Sequence record: SRR2962707_4930
Length of the DNA stretch: 44,369 nucleotides
Reading direction: 5' to 3' (one strand)
Shown: piece by piece, positions 1-8,802 of the stretch
How positions within the stretch are numbered: the first letter of the stretch is position 1
How the letters are laid out: each line of letters begins with the position of its first letter
Notes under the pieces: generated by a model
Databases searched by the model: none
What the model saw: the letters and a program-made list of their open reading frames with translations, nothing else
What the model was told of the DNA's origin: nothing
Program-made: the position numbers and the translations under genes

Positions 1-1
1 C

Positions 2-247
2 CAGATTCGCGTGCATATGGCCCATATCGGTCATGGATTGATCGGAGATCCGGTCTATGGCGGGCGGCGTAAGATTGCTGCCAAGGCCCTTAGCGATGAG
101 GCTGTTGCGGAGGTGCGCGGCTTTTCGCGCCAAGCGCTGCACGCGGCGTTGTTGGGGTTTAAACACCCGGTCAGCGGCGAAATGATGCGGTTCGAAGTCG
201 ATATGCCCGACGATATGATGGCTTTGGTCACAGCACTGCGCGGATAA
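2..247 (+). CDS. rluD: RluA/RluD-family pseudouridine synthase, C-terminal part (5' truncated by window)
   Basis: Open frame from window start reads QIRVHMAHIGHGLIGDPVYG...RQALHAALLGFKHP, the typical RluD C-terminal motifs; rluD-rpoH adjacency is common in alphaproteobacteria. Confidence 0.85.
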   Translation, partial: QIRVHMAHIGHGLIGDPVYGGRRKIAAKALSDEAVAEVRGFSRQALHAALLGFKHPVSGEMMRFEVDMPDDMMALVTALRG

Positions 248-271
248 TTCAAAATAACTGTCTCGAAAATT

Positions 272-303
272 GGCGCCTGCGGCTGTTGTCGCAGGCGCTT
301 TTT
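272..303 (+). terminator. Intrinsic terminator after rluD
   Basis: GGCGCCTGCGGC-TGTT-GTCGCAGGCGCT hairpin (with G-U pairs) followed by T-run. Confidence 0.7.
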
Positions 304-493
304 GCTCGATCTGTTCCGTTTTAGGAAAATGTGCCTGATTTTTCACGCCTTGGTGCGAAAAAGTTTTCGCTTGGCTGTTACAAACAACACCTGCGCGTGA
401 ACGCACTGAAATAGGGCTTCATAACTGAACGAATTAGTTTACTTATGATGAGGACTTTCGAGGGCGATCCCTTGAAAGGCTTAAGAGTGACTA

Positions 494-508
494 TTAAATG
501 AATGTTAA
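494..508. promoter_or_regulatory. Candidate CtrA full site upstream of rpoH
   Basis: TTAA-ATGAATG-TTAA matches TTAA-N7-TTAA. Confidence 0.45.
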
Positions 509-533
509 GCCCATAAACATTGGAGGGACAGGG

Positions 534-1430
534 ATGACAAGTTACGCAAATTTACCGGCCCCCACACCGGAAGCAGGTCTGAGCAAATACCTTCAGGAAA
601 TCCGCAAGTTTCCCCTGTTGGAACCTGGTGAAGAATATATCTTGGGAAAGCGCTGGGTCGAAGAGCAAGACACCGAAGCGGCCCATAAAATGGTGACGTC
701 TCACCTGCGGCTCGCGGCGAAAATCGCCATGGGATATCGCGGTTACGGCTTGCCTCAGGGTGAAGTCATTTCCGAAGCCAATGTGGGCTTGATGCAGGCT
801 GTAAAACGTTTCGACCCTGAAAAGGGCTTTCGTTTGGCGACCTATGCCATGTGGTGGATTCGCGCTTCGATCCAAGAATATATCTTGCGGTCCTGGTCGT
901 TGGTCAAACTTGGCACCACCTCGGCGCAAAAGAAGCTGTTCTTTAACCTGCGCAAAGCCAAAAGCCGCATCGGCGCATTGGAAGACGGCGATCTTCGCCC
1001 CGAACATTTGGCACGTATTGCAAATGATCTTGGGGTGTCCGAGACCGAAGTCACCAATATGAACCGCCGCTTATCTGGTGGGGATGCTTCGCTGAACGCA
1101 ACTGTCGGGAGCGAAGGCGAAGGCACGATGCAGTGGCAGGATTGGCTCGAAGATGAAGATGCCGATCAAGCTGGTGACTATGAAGCCCGTGACGAATTGG
1201 AAGCGCGGCGCGAAATGTTGACACAGTCGATGGAAGCGTTGAATGAGCGGGAAAAAGACATCCTGAAACAGCGCCGTCTTTCTGACAAGCCTGTCACATT
1301 GGAAGAGCTGAGCGGCCAATACAATGTAAGCCGCGAGCGGATTCGCCAAATCGAAGTCCGAGCTTTTGAGAAATTGCAGAAGCGCATGCGCGAGTTGGCT
1401 CAAGAACAAGGGATGTTGGCGGACGCCTAA
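534..1430 (+). CDS. rpoH: RNA polymerase sigma-32 factor RpoH (RpoH1-type)
   Basis: Region 2 motifs (EANVGLMQAVKRFDP, ATYAMWWIRASIQEYIL), RpoH box QKKLFFNLRK, region 4 SRERIRQIE; ATG at 534 follows GGAGGG. Confidence 0.96.
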   Translation: MTSYANLPAPTPEAGLSKYLQEIRKFPLLEPGEEYILGKRWVEEQDTEAAHKMVTSHLRLAAKIAMGYRGYGLPQGEVISEANVGLMQAVKRFDPEKGFRLATYAMWWIRASIQEYILRSWSLVKLGTTSAQKKLFFNLRKAKSRIGALEDGDLRPEHLARIANDLGVSETEVTNMNRRLSGGDASLNATVGSEGEGTMQWQDWLEDEDADQAGDYEARDELEARREMLTQSMEALNEREKDILKQRRLSDKPVTLEELSGQYNVSRERIRQIEVRAFEKLQKRMRELAQEQGMLADA

Positions 1431-1434
1431 GCCC

Positions 1435-1456
1435 TTTATGTTTTCCTCCCCGTGAA
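1435..1456 (+). ncRNA. Candidate 3'-UTR anti-SD hairpin (loop UUUUCCUCCC) of rpoH mRNA
   Basis: TTTATG/CGTGAA stem (two G-U pairs) enclosing TTTTCCTCCC, immediately before the terminator. Confidence 0.4.
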
Positions 1457-1492
1457 CCGTCGACATCCCTGAGATGTCGGCGGTTTTCTTTT
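1455..1492 (+). terminator. Intrinsic terminator after rpoH
   Basis: AACCGTCGACATC-CCTGA-GATGTCGGCGGTT hairpin followed by TTCTTTT. Confidence 0.8.
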
Positions 1493-1561
1493 GTCAAAGT
1501 GGACAGATGTAACCGTCTTGGGTAACGCTAACGCCAGAGAAGGAATGAGGGGGAAAACAGC

Positions 1562-2542
1562 ATGGCAGATCACGTAAGGTGGGGCGTTCTTGGCGCATCC
1601 AAGTTTGCGCGCGAGAAAATGGGCCCAGCGATTCACGCGGCAGGTCGGGGCGAATTGGCGGCTTTGGCAACGTCCAGCCCGGAAAAGGCCGCGCCGTTTG
1701 CAGCCATGGTGCCAGGATTGCGGGTCCACAGCAGTTACGAAGATCTGTTGGCGGATCCAGAAATCGACGCGGTCTATGTGCCCTTGCCCAATCACTTGCA
1801 TGTGGAATGGGCAGAAAAGGCGTTGGCTGCAGGCAAACATGTCTTGGTCGAAAAGCCCATTGCCATGCGCGCAGATCAGTTCGACGGCCTAATCGCTGCG
1901 CGGGATAAAAGCGGGCTTTTGGCTGCTGAGGCTTATATGATCGTTCAACACCCGCAGTGGCTTAAGGCCAAAGAGATTTATGAAGCGGGCGAAATTGGGG
2001 AACTTCAGCGTGTATCCGCAGCGTTTTCCTATGACAACAGTGCAGATCCCGGAAATATCCGTAACATGCCAGACACCGGGGGCGGGAGCATCCCAGATAT
2101 CGGGGTTTATATCTATGGATCGACCCGTTTCGTCACTGGTGAGGAGCCGAACGAAATCTTGTCGACCAAAATCAAGTTTGAAAATGGTGTGGATGTGTGG
2201 GCCCATGTGACCGCACAATTCCCATCTTTCCATTTTACGGGCATCACGTCGATGCGTATGTCACCCTGGCAAGATATGACGTTTCACGGGGACAAGGGGT
2301 TGATGCGATTGACGGCGCCGTTCAACCCAGCGGTCTACGATCAGGCTCAGATTGAGGTGCACTTGCCCAATATGGAGACACGTGTCTATCGGTTCCCGTC
2401 GGACAACCACTATGTCAATCAGGTCGAGTCCTTTAACCGTTCGGTTCTGGACGGCGCGCCTTATCCGTGTTCGCTTGAGTTTGTACGAGGCACACAAGCG
2501 ATGATCGATATGGTTTTGGATTTCGACGCGGCCACTCGCTAA
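1562..2542 (+). CDS. Gfo/Idh/MocA-family oxidoreductase
   Basis: N-terminal RWGVLGAS Rossmann-like start, DAVYVPLPNHLH, GKHVLVEKP and GGGSIPDIG motifs. Confidence 0.92.
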   Translation: MADHVRWGVLGASKFAREKMGPAIHAAGRGELAALATSSPEKAAPFAAMVPGLRVHSSYEDLLADPEIDAVYVPLPNHLHVEWAEKALAAGKHVLVEKPIAMRADQFDGLIAARDKSGLLAAEAYMIVQHPQWLKAKEIYEAGEIGELQRVSAAFSYDNSADPGNIRNMPDTGGGSIPDIGVYIYGSTRFVTGEEPNEILSTKIKFENGVDVWAHVTAQFPSFHFTGITSMRMSPWQDMTFHGDKGLMRLTAPFNPAVYDQAQIEVHLPNMETRVYRFPSDNHYVNQVESFNRSVLDGAPYPCSLEFVRGTQAMIDMVLDFDAATR

Positions 2543-2556
2543 TCAATACGCGCCGC

Positions 2557-2596
2557 AAAAAAAAACGCCGGATGCAGAGCATACCGGCGTTTTTTT
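2557..2596. terminator. Bidirectional terminator between the oxidoreductase and phaZ
   Basis: A-run, CGCCGG...CCGGCG hairpin, T-run between convergent genes. Confidence 0.85.
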
Positions 2597-2612
2597 ATAC
2601 TGTGAGAGTGGC

Positions 2613-3881
2613 TTAGGCGGCGGCGTTACTATTCGCAGCCTTTTTGGGTTCACCCGAGTTCTGGTCAATAAATTCCAAGACCAACGGACGAATGTTGTTC
2701 CGCCAGCTCTTGCCAGCGAAAATACCATAGTGCCCGGCTTCCGGCTCCAAATGGCTTGCCTTTTTACTGTCTGGGAGACCGGTACAAAGGTCCAAAGCAG
2801 CAACACACTGGCCGGGCGCTGAAATATCGTCTTTTGCACCTTCGACTGTCTTCACTGCGACGTTAGTAATTGCGCCAATGTCGACCTTGTGGCCGGCAAC
2901 AACAAATTCATTCTTGGCTATTTCACCATTCTTGAAGATGCGTTCGACCGTGGACAGATAGAATTCAGCCGGCATATCCATGACCGCCAAATATTCGTCA
3001 TAGAATCGGTTGTGTGGATCATGATCGGAGGCTTCACCACGGCTGACGCGGGAAATCTGATCATTGAACGCTTTTGAGTGACGGTCTGAGTTCATCGACA
3101 TGAAAGAGCTAAGTTGCAAGAGGCCGGGGTAAACCATGCGTCCGACGCCCTTGCACTTGAACCCGACCCGTTGGATCATTGTCTCTTCGAGCTGGCCCAT
3201 TGTGACACGACGTCCAAAATCTGTCACGTCGGTCGGGGTTGCATCTGGATCGATCGGACCACCAATAAGCGTCAGTGAACGCGGTTGTGCCGTTGGATCA
3301 AGTTCCGCCAGATAGGCCGTTGCGGCGAGGGTCAATGGGGCAGGCTGGCAAACGGCAATCACATGGGTGTCAGGGCCAAGGTGGCGCATAAAGTCCATAA
3401 GATACAGCGTATAGTCTTCGATATCGAATTTGCCGGCGCTCAATGGGATGTCACGCGCATTGTGCCAATCTGTGACGTAAACTTCACAATCTGGGATTAA
3501 AGATTGTACAGTCGACCGCAACAGCGTCGCATAGTGACCTGACATTGGGGCGACCAACAAAATTTTGCGGGGCATTTCTTCGCGACCAGACACGTTGAAG
3601 TGGATCAAATCGCCAAATGGTTTTTCGACAACTGTTTCAACATTGATCAAGTGGTCTTTGCCATCCGAACAGGTGAATGTTCTCAAACCCCAGCTTGGTT
3701 TGACGACCATCCGTTCGAATGTCCGCTCTGTCACTGTACCCCAGGCTGCGACCCATTGCATCGCTGGATTCGGAAACATCGACATCGCAGGGTACGAGGC
3801 CATCGATTTTGCTGTCGCGCCAAGCCATTGGTTTGTATTGCGAATTGTTTCCATCAAGTCGTAAGTCGCCATATAACGCAT
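2613..3881 (-). CDS. phaZ: Intracellular polyhydroxyalkanoate depolymerase
   Basis: LVAPMSGHYATLLR, AVCQP (catalytic Cys), DDISAPGQ and GHYGIF motifs; divergent from phaC; AGGAG RBS. Confidence 0.95.
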   Translation of the reverse strand: MRYMATYDLMETIRNTNQWLGATAKSMASYPAMSMFPNPAMQWVAAWGTVTERTFERMVVKPSWGLRTFTCSDGKDHLINVETVVEKPFGDLIHFNVSGREEMPRKILLVAPMSGHYATLLRSTVQSLIPDCEVYVTDWHNARDIPLSAGKFDIEDYTLYLMDFMRHLGPDTHVIAVCQPAPLTLAATAYLAELDPTAQPRSLTLIGGPIDPDATPTDVTDFGRRVTMGQLEETMIQRVGFKCKGVGRMVYPGLLQLSSFMSMNSDRHSKAFNDQISRVSRGEASDHDPHNRFYDEYLAVMDMPAEFYLSTVERIFKNGEIAKNEFVVAGHKVDIGAITNVAVKTVEGAKDDISAPGQCVAALDLCTGLPDSKKASHLEPEAGHYGIFAGKSWRNNIRPLVLEFIDQNSGEPKKAANSNAAA

Positions 3882-4008
3882 GACCGTCTCCTAAGTGTTT
3901 TGCCGAACCCATCGAACAAACCGTGCGGTTTATCCTTTTATCTTGGAGCATCTCGGCGCTACTCTACACTGAACTACTTAGGAAATAAGTTAAGGGAGTT
4001 TTTGCAGG

Positions 4009-5802
4009 ATGACAACGAACGACGTTGCCGCAGGAGAGGAACAGACACGTCTGGAAGAGAATTTGGTGCGTGTTGAGGAGTTGTCGCAACGGTTGATATC
4101 CGCGATTAGCAACAAACCTTCGATTAATCCTGCATTAGGTGGTCCCAGTAACGAATTGTACGAACAGGCTCTGAAGGCCTATTGGCAAGAGTGTTTTCAA
4201 AACCCGTCGAAGATTATTGAGCATCAGATTCAATATTGGGGAAAATCCGTTACTCATTTTGTCGATGCACAAAAGGCTTTGTCCAAGGGTAAGCTGCAAG
4301 CGCCCGAGAATCCGGGGCCCAAGGATCGTCGGTTTTCAAACCCTCTTTGGGAGACACATCCGTACTTCAACTTTGTGAAACAGCAATACCTCATCAATTC
4401 TGAGGCGATTCAGCAGGCGGTTGCCGATATTGACGACATGGATGAGGTCGAAAAGCGTCGGCTGACTTACTTCGCCAGTCAAATCGTTGACATGTTCTCT
4501 CCGACAAACTTCCTGGCAACCAACCCGGACGCGCTGGAAAAGGCGGTTGAGACGGAAGGGGCAAGCCTGGTCAAAGGGCTTGAAAACCTTGTCGCTGATT
4601 TGGAAGCCAACAACGGTGAACTCATAGTTCGCCTTGCTGACGATACCGCGTTCAACATTGGTGAAAACATCGCCACGGCCAAGGGCGAGGTCGTCTATCG
4701 CAATCATATGATGGAGCTGATCCAATACGCGCCGACCACAGAGCAGGTGCGTGAAACTCCGATCGTGTTGTTCCCGCCTTGGATCAACAAATTCTATATC
4801 TTGGACCTGAAGGAAAAAAACAGCCTTATTCGCTGGATCGTTGATCAAGGCTACACCTTGTTCGTCGTCAGCTGGATCAACCCGGATATTTCATACCGCA
4901 ACATTGGTATGGAGGACTATATTCAGGACGGGTTCATGCGGGCCATAGATGAGGTCAAAGCGATCACCAAGCAAGAGCGCATAAATGCGGTTGGCTATTG
5001 TATCGCGGGAACAACCCTCAACGTGACACTCGGAATTCTGAAAAAGCGCGGCGACAAGTCTGTAAAGTCAGCCACGTTCTTTACCACGTTGACGGATTTC
5101 GCTGATCAGGGGGAGTTCACGCCCTTCCTTCAGAATGATTTCATCGATGGGATCGAGGAAGAAGTGAACGACAAGGGACTGCTGCACTCCTACATTATGG
5201 CCCGGACTTTTTCCTTTCTCAGATCGAATGACCTTATCTACGGCCCGGCGATCAAAAGCTATATGATGGGGGAGACACCGCCCGCATTTGATCTGCTTTT
5301 CTGGAACGGCGACGGTGCAAACCTGCCGGGAAAAATGGCTGTCGACTATCTCCGCAAGCTTTGTCAGCAAAACCAGTTGTCGGAAGGGTGCTTTGAAATT
5401 CTGGGGGAAACAGTGTCACTCAAGGATGTGGATGTGCCCCTGTGTTCTATCGCTTGTGAAGGGGACCACATTGCGGCTTGGAAAGATTGCTACCGCGGCG
5501 TTCAGAAGATGGGTAGCCGGTCCAAGACTTTCATCCTTTCAGAGTCAGGTCATATTGCCGGGATCGTGAATCCGCCAAGCAAAAAGAAGTATGGCCATTA
5601 CACCAATTCGGATTTGAAACTGAGCGCGGATGATTGGCAGGCAACAGGCGACTTTGATCAGGGGTCATGGTGGCCGGTTTGGGAAACATGGTTGTCAAAG
5701 CGCTCCGGAAAGTTGGTGGCAGCTCGGGATCCCGGCGATTCGGAACACCCATCGCTTGGACCCGCGCCTGGGACCTATGTCACCATCAAAGCAAGCAACT
5801 GA
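4009..5802 (+). CDS. phaC: Class I PHA synthase
   Basis: PPWINKFYILDL, lipase-like box GYCIAG, GDHIA and SGHIAG motifs; 597 aa. Confidence 0.97.
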   Translation: MTTNDVAAGEEQTRLEENLVRVEELSQRLISAISNKPSINPALGGPSNELYEQALKAYWQECFQNPSKIIEHQIQYWGKSVTHFVDAQKALSKGKLQAPENPGPKDRRFSNPLWETHPYFNFVKQQYLINSEAIQQAVADIDDMDEVEKRRLTYFASQIVDMFSPTNFLATNPDALEKAVETEGASLVKGLENLVADLEANNGELIVRLADDTAFNIGENIATAKGEVVYRNHMMELIQYAPTTEQVRETPIVLFPPWINKFYILDLKEKNSLIRWIVDQGYTLFVVSWINPDISYRNIGMEDYIQDGFMRAIDEVKAITKQERINAVGYCIAGTTLNVTLGILKKRGDKSVKSATFFTTLTDFADQGEFTPFLQNDFIDGIEEEVNDKGLLHSYIMARTFSFLRSNDLIYGPAIKSYMMGETPPAFDLLFWNGDGANLPGKMAVDYLRKLCQQNQLSEGCFEILGETVSLKDVDVPLCSIACEGDHIAAWKDCYRGVQKMGSRSKTFILSESGHIAGIVNPPSKKKYGHYTNSDLKLSADDWQATGDFDQGSWWPVWETWLSKRSGKLVAARDPGDSEHPSLGPAPGTYVTIKASN

Positions 5803-5848
5803 TTTCGCTAAAGATATGAAATTTTTCGGCGGTGCAGCAAGAAAATCC

Positions 5849-5877
5849 TTGAAATGCTGCGCCGCAGCATGCATATT
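5849..5877 (+). promoter_or_regulatory. phaP promoter with PhaR operator in the spacer
   Basis: TTGAAA-N17-CATATT; palindrome ATGCTGC-GCC-GCAGCAT at 5854-5870 matches the PhaR-type CTGC-N3-4-GCAG site; weaker related sites at 5827-5837 and 5881-5891. Confidence 0.75.
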
Positions 5878-5935
5878 GTTTGCAGCTGCAGAAAAAGCGA
5901 GGTGGGCTCGCTCAGCAAGCTGAAGGATTTTGAAG

Positions 5936-6382
5936 ATGGCTAAGACACAAGATTTCACCACAGTTCTTAAAGACATGATGGGTTCGTTCCCGGTTGACAC
6001 GGGCTCCATGGAAGATGCGTTCAAAACCACAGCGTCTCTGAACGAGAAGCTGTCTGGTGTTGCTTTGGAAGCCGCTGAGAAGTCGACTGAGATTTCTACA
6101 AAATGGACAAAAGACACATTGGGTAAATTGGCCGATATGTCGAAAGCCAAAGCCGAGCCAGCAGACTACGCAAAAGCGATCACAGATTTCGCTTCTGCTC
6201 AGGCTGAAGTTGTTTCCGAAAACATGGCCGCTTTCGCTGAAATCGCGAAAAAAGTTCAGATGGACAGCGTTGAGTTGATGATGGCCGCTGGCAAAGACAT
6301 CACCGAAGACGCAACTGCCGCTGTTAAAAAAGCGACAGACGAAGTGACGACTGCTGCTAAGAAAGCAACAGCAGCCAAGTAA
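5936..6382 (+). CDS. phaP: Phasin (PHA granule-associated protein)
   Basis: Ala/Lys-rich helical 148-aa protein between phaC and phaR, PhaR boxes upstream, AAGGA RBS. Confidence 0.9.
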   Translation: MAKTQDFTTVLKDMMGSFPVDTGSMEDAFKTTASLNEKLSGVALEAAEKSTEISTKWTKDTLGKLADMSKAKAEPADYAKAITDFASAQAEVVSENMAAFAEIAKKVQMDSVELMMAAGKDITEDATAAVKKATDEVTTAAKKATAAK

Positions 6383-6394
6383 TTGGTATTTTAG

Positions 6395-6430
6395 GGCCAA
6401 CGCAGCTCTCCTCCCAGAATGGCGCTGGCC
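6395..6430 (+). ncRNA. Candidate 3'-UTR anti-SD hairpin (CUCCUCCC) of phaP mRNA
   Basis: GGCCAACGC/GCGCTGGCC stem with inner TCT/AGA pairs presenting CCTCCC, directly abutting a terminator. Confidence 0.5.
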
Positions 6431-6461
6431 AAGGGTCGGATCTTAGGATCCGGCCCTTTTT
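6431..6461 (+). terminator. Intrinsic terminator after phaP
   Basis: AAGGGTCGGATC-TTAG-GATCCGGCCCTT followed by TTT. Confidence 0.88.
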
Positions 6462-6511
6462 CGCATTTGGCGAATTGAATGTGGGGTTGCTTTTGTGCTG
6501 CGGTAGCATAA

Positions 6512-6524
6512 GCTGCAGTGCAGC
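6512..6524. promoter_or_regulatory. PhaR autoregulatory operator
   Basis: GCTGC-AGT-GCAGC palindrome upstream of phaR; a second weaker site TGCTGCGGTAGCA at 6496-6508. Confidence 0.7.
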
Positions 6525-6550
6525 GCCGAAATCACTGGGAGGTCATCATC

Positions 6551-7096
6551 GTGGCTACAAATGACAAACCGCTTTTAATCAAGCGTTACGCGAGTCGTCG
6601 GCTCTATAACACCGAAACCTCGGATTACGTGACCCTAGAAGACATCGCCGGTTTCATTCGTGACAGCCGTGACGTCCAGATTATTGACCTGAAATCAGGG
6701 GATGATCTGACCCGGCAATATCTTTTGCAGATCGTTGCCGAGCACGAGAGCCGAGGCGAAAGTGTGTTGCCCATCAATGTTCTGACGGATCTTGTCCGCA
6801 GTTATACCACGCAAGCCTCAAGCGTTGTTCCACAATTCCTTGCAGCAAGCTTTGACATGTTCCGCGATGGTCAATCCAAGTGGGTTGAAAACATTAACAA
6901 AGTAAATCCAGTCTCGACGATGCCCGGGTTTGAAGCGTTGCAGGCGCAGCAAGAGGCTTTCTTAAAGGCGATGACCGGTGGGATGGCCCCAGGCACTTCC
7001 GGCCCCGCTCAGGAAGGCGAAGACAAAGAAGACTTGGATGCGATCAAATCGCAATTGGCCGAACTTCAGGCCAAGCTTTCTAAGATGACCAAGTAG
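6551..7096 (+). CDS. phaR: PHA synthesis repressor PhaR
   Basis: IKRYASRRLYNTETSDYVTL and GDDLTRQYLLQI motifs; GTG start after GGGAGG. Confidence 0.95.
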   Translation: MATNDKPLLIKRYASRRLYNTETSDYVTLEDIAGFIRDSRDVQIIDLKSGDDLTRQYLLQIVAEHESRGESVLPINVLTDLVRSYTTQASSVVPQFLAASFDMFRDGQSKWVENINKVNPVSTMPGFEALQAQQEAFLKAMTGGMAPGTSGPAQEGEDKEDLDAIKSQLAELQAKLSKMTK

Positions 7097-7119
7097 ATTT
7101 CATCCATCCGAAATGAAAT

Positions 7120-7148
7120 GGGCGCCAATTTTGGCGCCCTATTTTTTT
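7120..7148 (+). terminator. Terminator after phaR
   Basis: GGGCGCCAA-TT-TTGGCGCCC followed by TATTTTTTT. Confidence 0.75.
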
Positions 7149-7162
7149 GGTAGTGTCAAAAT

Positions 7163-8353
7163 TCAGGTGCCATAGCTGCGCAACGGACCTGCGGCTTTTT
7201 CTGCAGCGTCGATCAAGACCAAGGCCACCGCGTTGCACTCCTCAAGAGACAACCGGGCAGGGAGGCGGGAATCGCAGGCCCGCATCAACATGCTGCGTGT
7301 GCGTGGCAGCTCTGGCATTTCCGGCATGAATTGCCAGTTCCAGAAAGCGCGGGCGTTATCGGTGCTCAACCCAAAAACTTGCACTTTGACGCCTGCATCT
7401 TCAGCGTAAGCTGCAAAGAGTTTGACCTCATCATCGGTCATGTTCTCAAGATTGAATTGTAGTGAATCCGGCGCGCGCTCTTCTGGCGGTAACTTGTCAG
7501 GGACTGAAACCCACGGAGACAAGTTGATCTGTTTGGCGACATAGTCATGATTGCGCCGACCGTCGACAATCCGCCGCGCCACTTCGTCAATCTGAGGCCG
7601 GATAACGGCTGCGCTTAGGTTGGACATCCGCAAATTATACAAAGGCAACTTATTTTGGTGCTTGGCAAAGGCATCATGCAAAACGGCGTGCTTTTTCCAG
7701 TTATGCTCATAAGCGCCGGACATGATGACCGCTTGTGCCACAATATCCGCGTCATCTGTTACCAGAATACCGCCTTCGCCACCATTGATCAGTTTGTAAC
7801 TTTGAAAACTGAAGCAACCGATTTTGCCCAGTGTTCCGATTTTTCGACCGTGCCAGGTGGTGCCCAGAGAATGCGCTGCGTCTTCGATGAGGGGAATGTC
7901 ATGGGCGTCGCAAAGCGCCATGATTGCATCCATATCCGATGTATGGCCGCGCATGTGGCTGATGATAACCGCCTGAACACTGCCCAGTTTGGCTTTGAAA
8001 TCGTCCAAATCAATCCGGTAGTTTTCGCCAACTTCACAGAGGACCGGAATGCAGTCGGCATGGACAACAGACGACGGGACAGCGGCAAAGGTGAAACCTG
8101 GGATCAGCACGCGGGCATCCCGCGGCAGGCCAAGCGCCTTGAGGCTTAGGAATAGGGCGGCAGAACAGCTGCTGACGGCCAATGCGTATTTGACGCCCAT
8201 ATGGGCTGCAAATTCCGCTTCCAGCAACGAAACCGGCGCGTTTTCCGAGGCAGTGTAGCGAAAAAGATCGCCAGACGTCAGCAATCGGTCAATTTCGGCC
8301 CGCGCTGCGTCAGGGATCGCTTCGGCGTCATGCATATTCGGCAGGTTAGTCAT
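7163..8353 (-). CDS. DegT/DnrJ/EryC1/StrS-family PLP-dependent aminotransferase
   Basis: LIEDAAHSLG and CFSFQSYK (PLP-binding Lys), GGEGGILVT motifs; start 8353 ATG (alternative TTG 8359). Confidence 0.9.
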   Translation of the reverse strand: MTNLPNMHDAEAIPDAARAEIDRLLTSGDLFRYTASENAPVSLLEAEFAAHMGVKYALAVSSCSAALFLSLKALGLPRDARVLIPGFTFAAVPSSVVHADCIPVLCEVGENYRIDLDDFKAKLGSVQAVIISHMRGHTSDMDAIMALCDAHDIPLIEDAAHSLGTTWHGRKIGTLGKIGCFSFQSYKLINGGEGGILVTDDADIVAQAVIMSGAYEHNWKKHAVLHDAFAKHQNKLPLYNLRMSNLSAAVIRPQIDEVARRIVDGRRNHDYVAKQINLSPWVSVPDKLPPEERAPDSLQFNLENMTDDEVKLFAAYAEDAGVKVQVFGLSTDNARAFWNWQFMPEMPELPRTRSMLMRACDSRLPARLSLEECNAVALVLIDAAEKAAGPLRSYGT

Positions 8354-8802
8354 TTTCAAAATCCCGAATTCTATCTTTGGGTTTTGTAAATGAAGCGACG
8401 GGAAACACCAAATGAAATTTATACGACATATTAGAGAATCGGGATGTATCGCATGATTTCCTTATGTTTGAACCGGTCAAAAGAGCAGGCGGATGTGCTG
8501 GCCGGGTCCTGAAGCGCACCTCTTGAATGGGACGGTCCTGCCTGCGGGTCAGCCTGAGGCAACCCTCAGATATATGAAGAGCTTCATCAGGACTGTTGGA
8601 TTTGGCTACACGGGGAGGGGTCCTTTGCGCCTAAAACGAGGTGCTGATTGGATGCGTACTCTTTTGGTGTCGCTCACGCGGTTCTGGTGCACTGCAGGCA
8701 CCACATTCTCGCCACAATACTGCGCAATAACATCTGGTCGCTGAATTCGAGTCATGTTCTGGGTATCGGCGGGTTTCTTTGTGCTGATTGGTGAGGTTTT
8801 TC

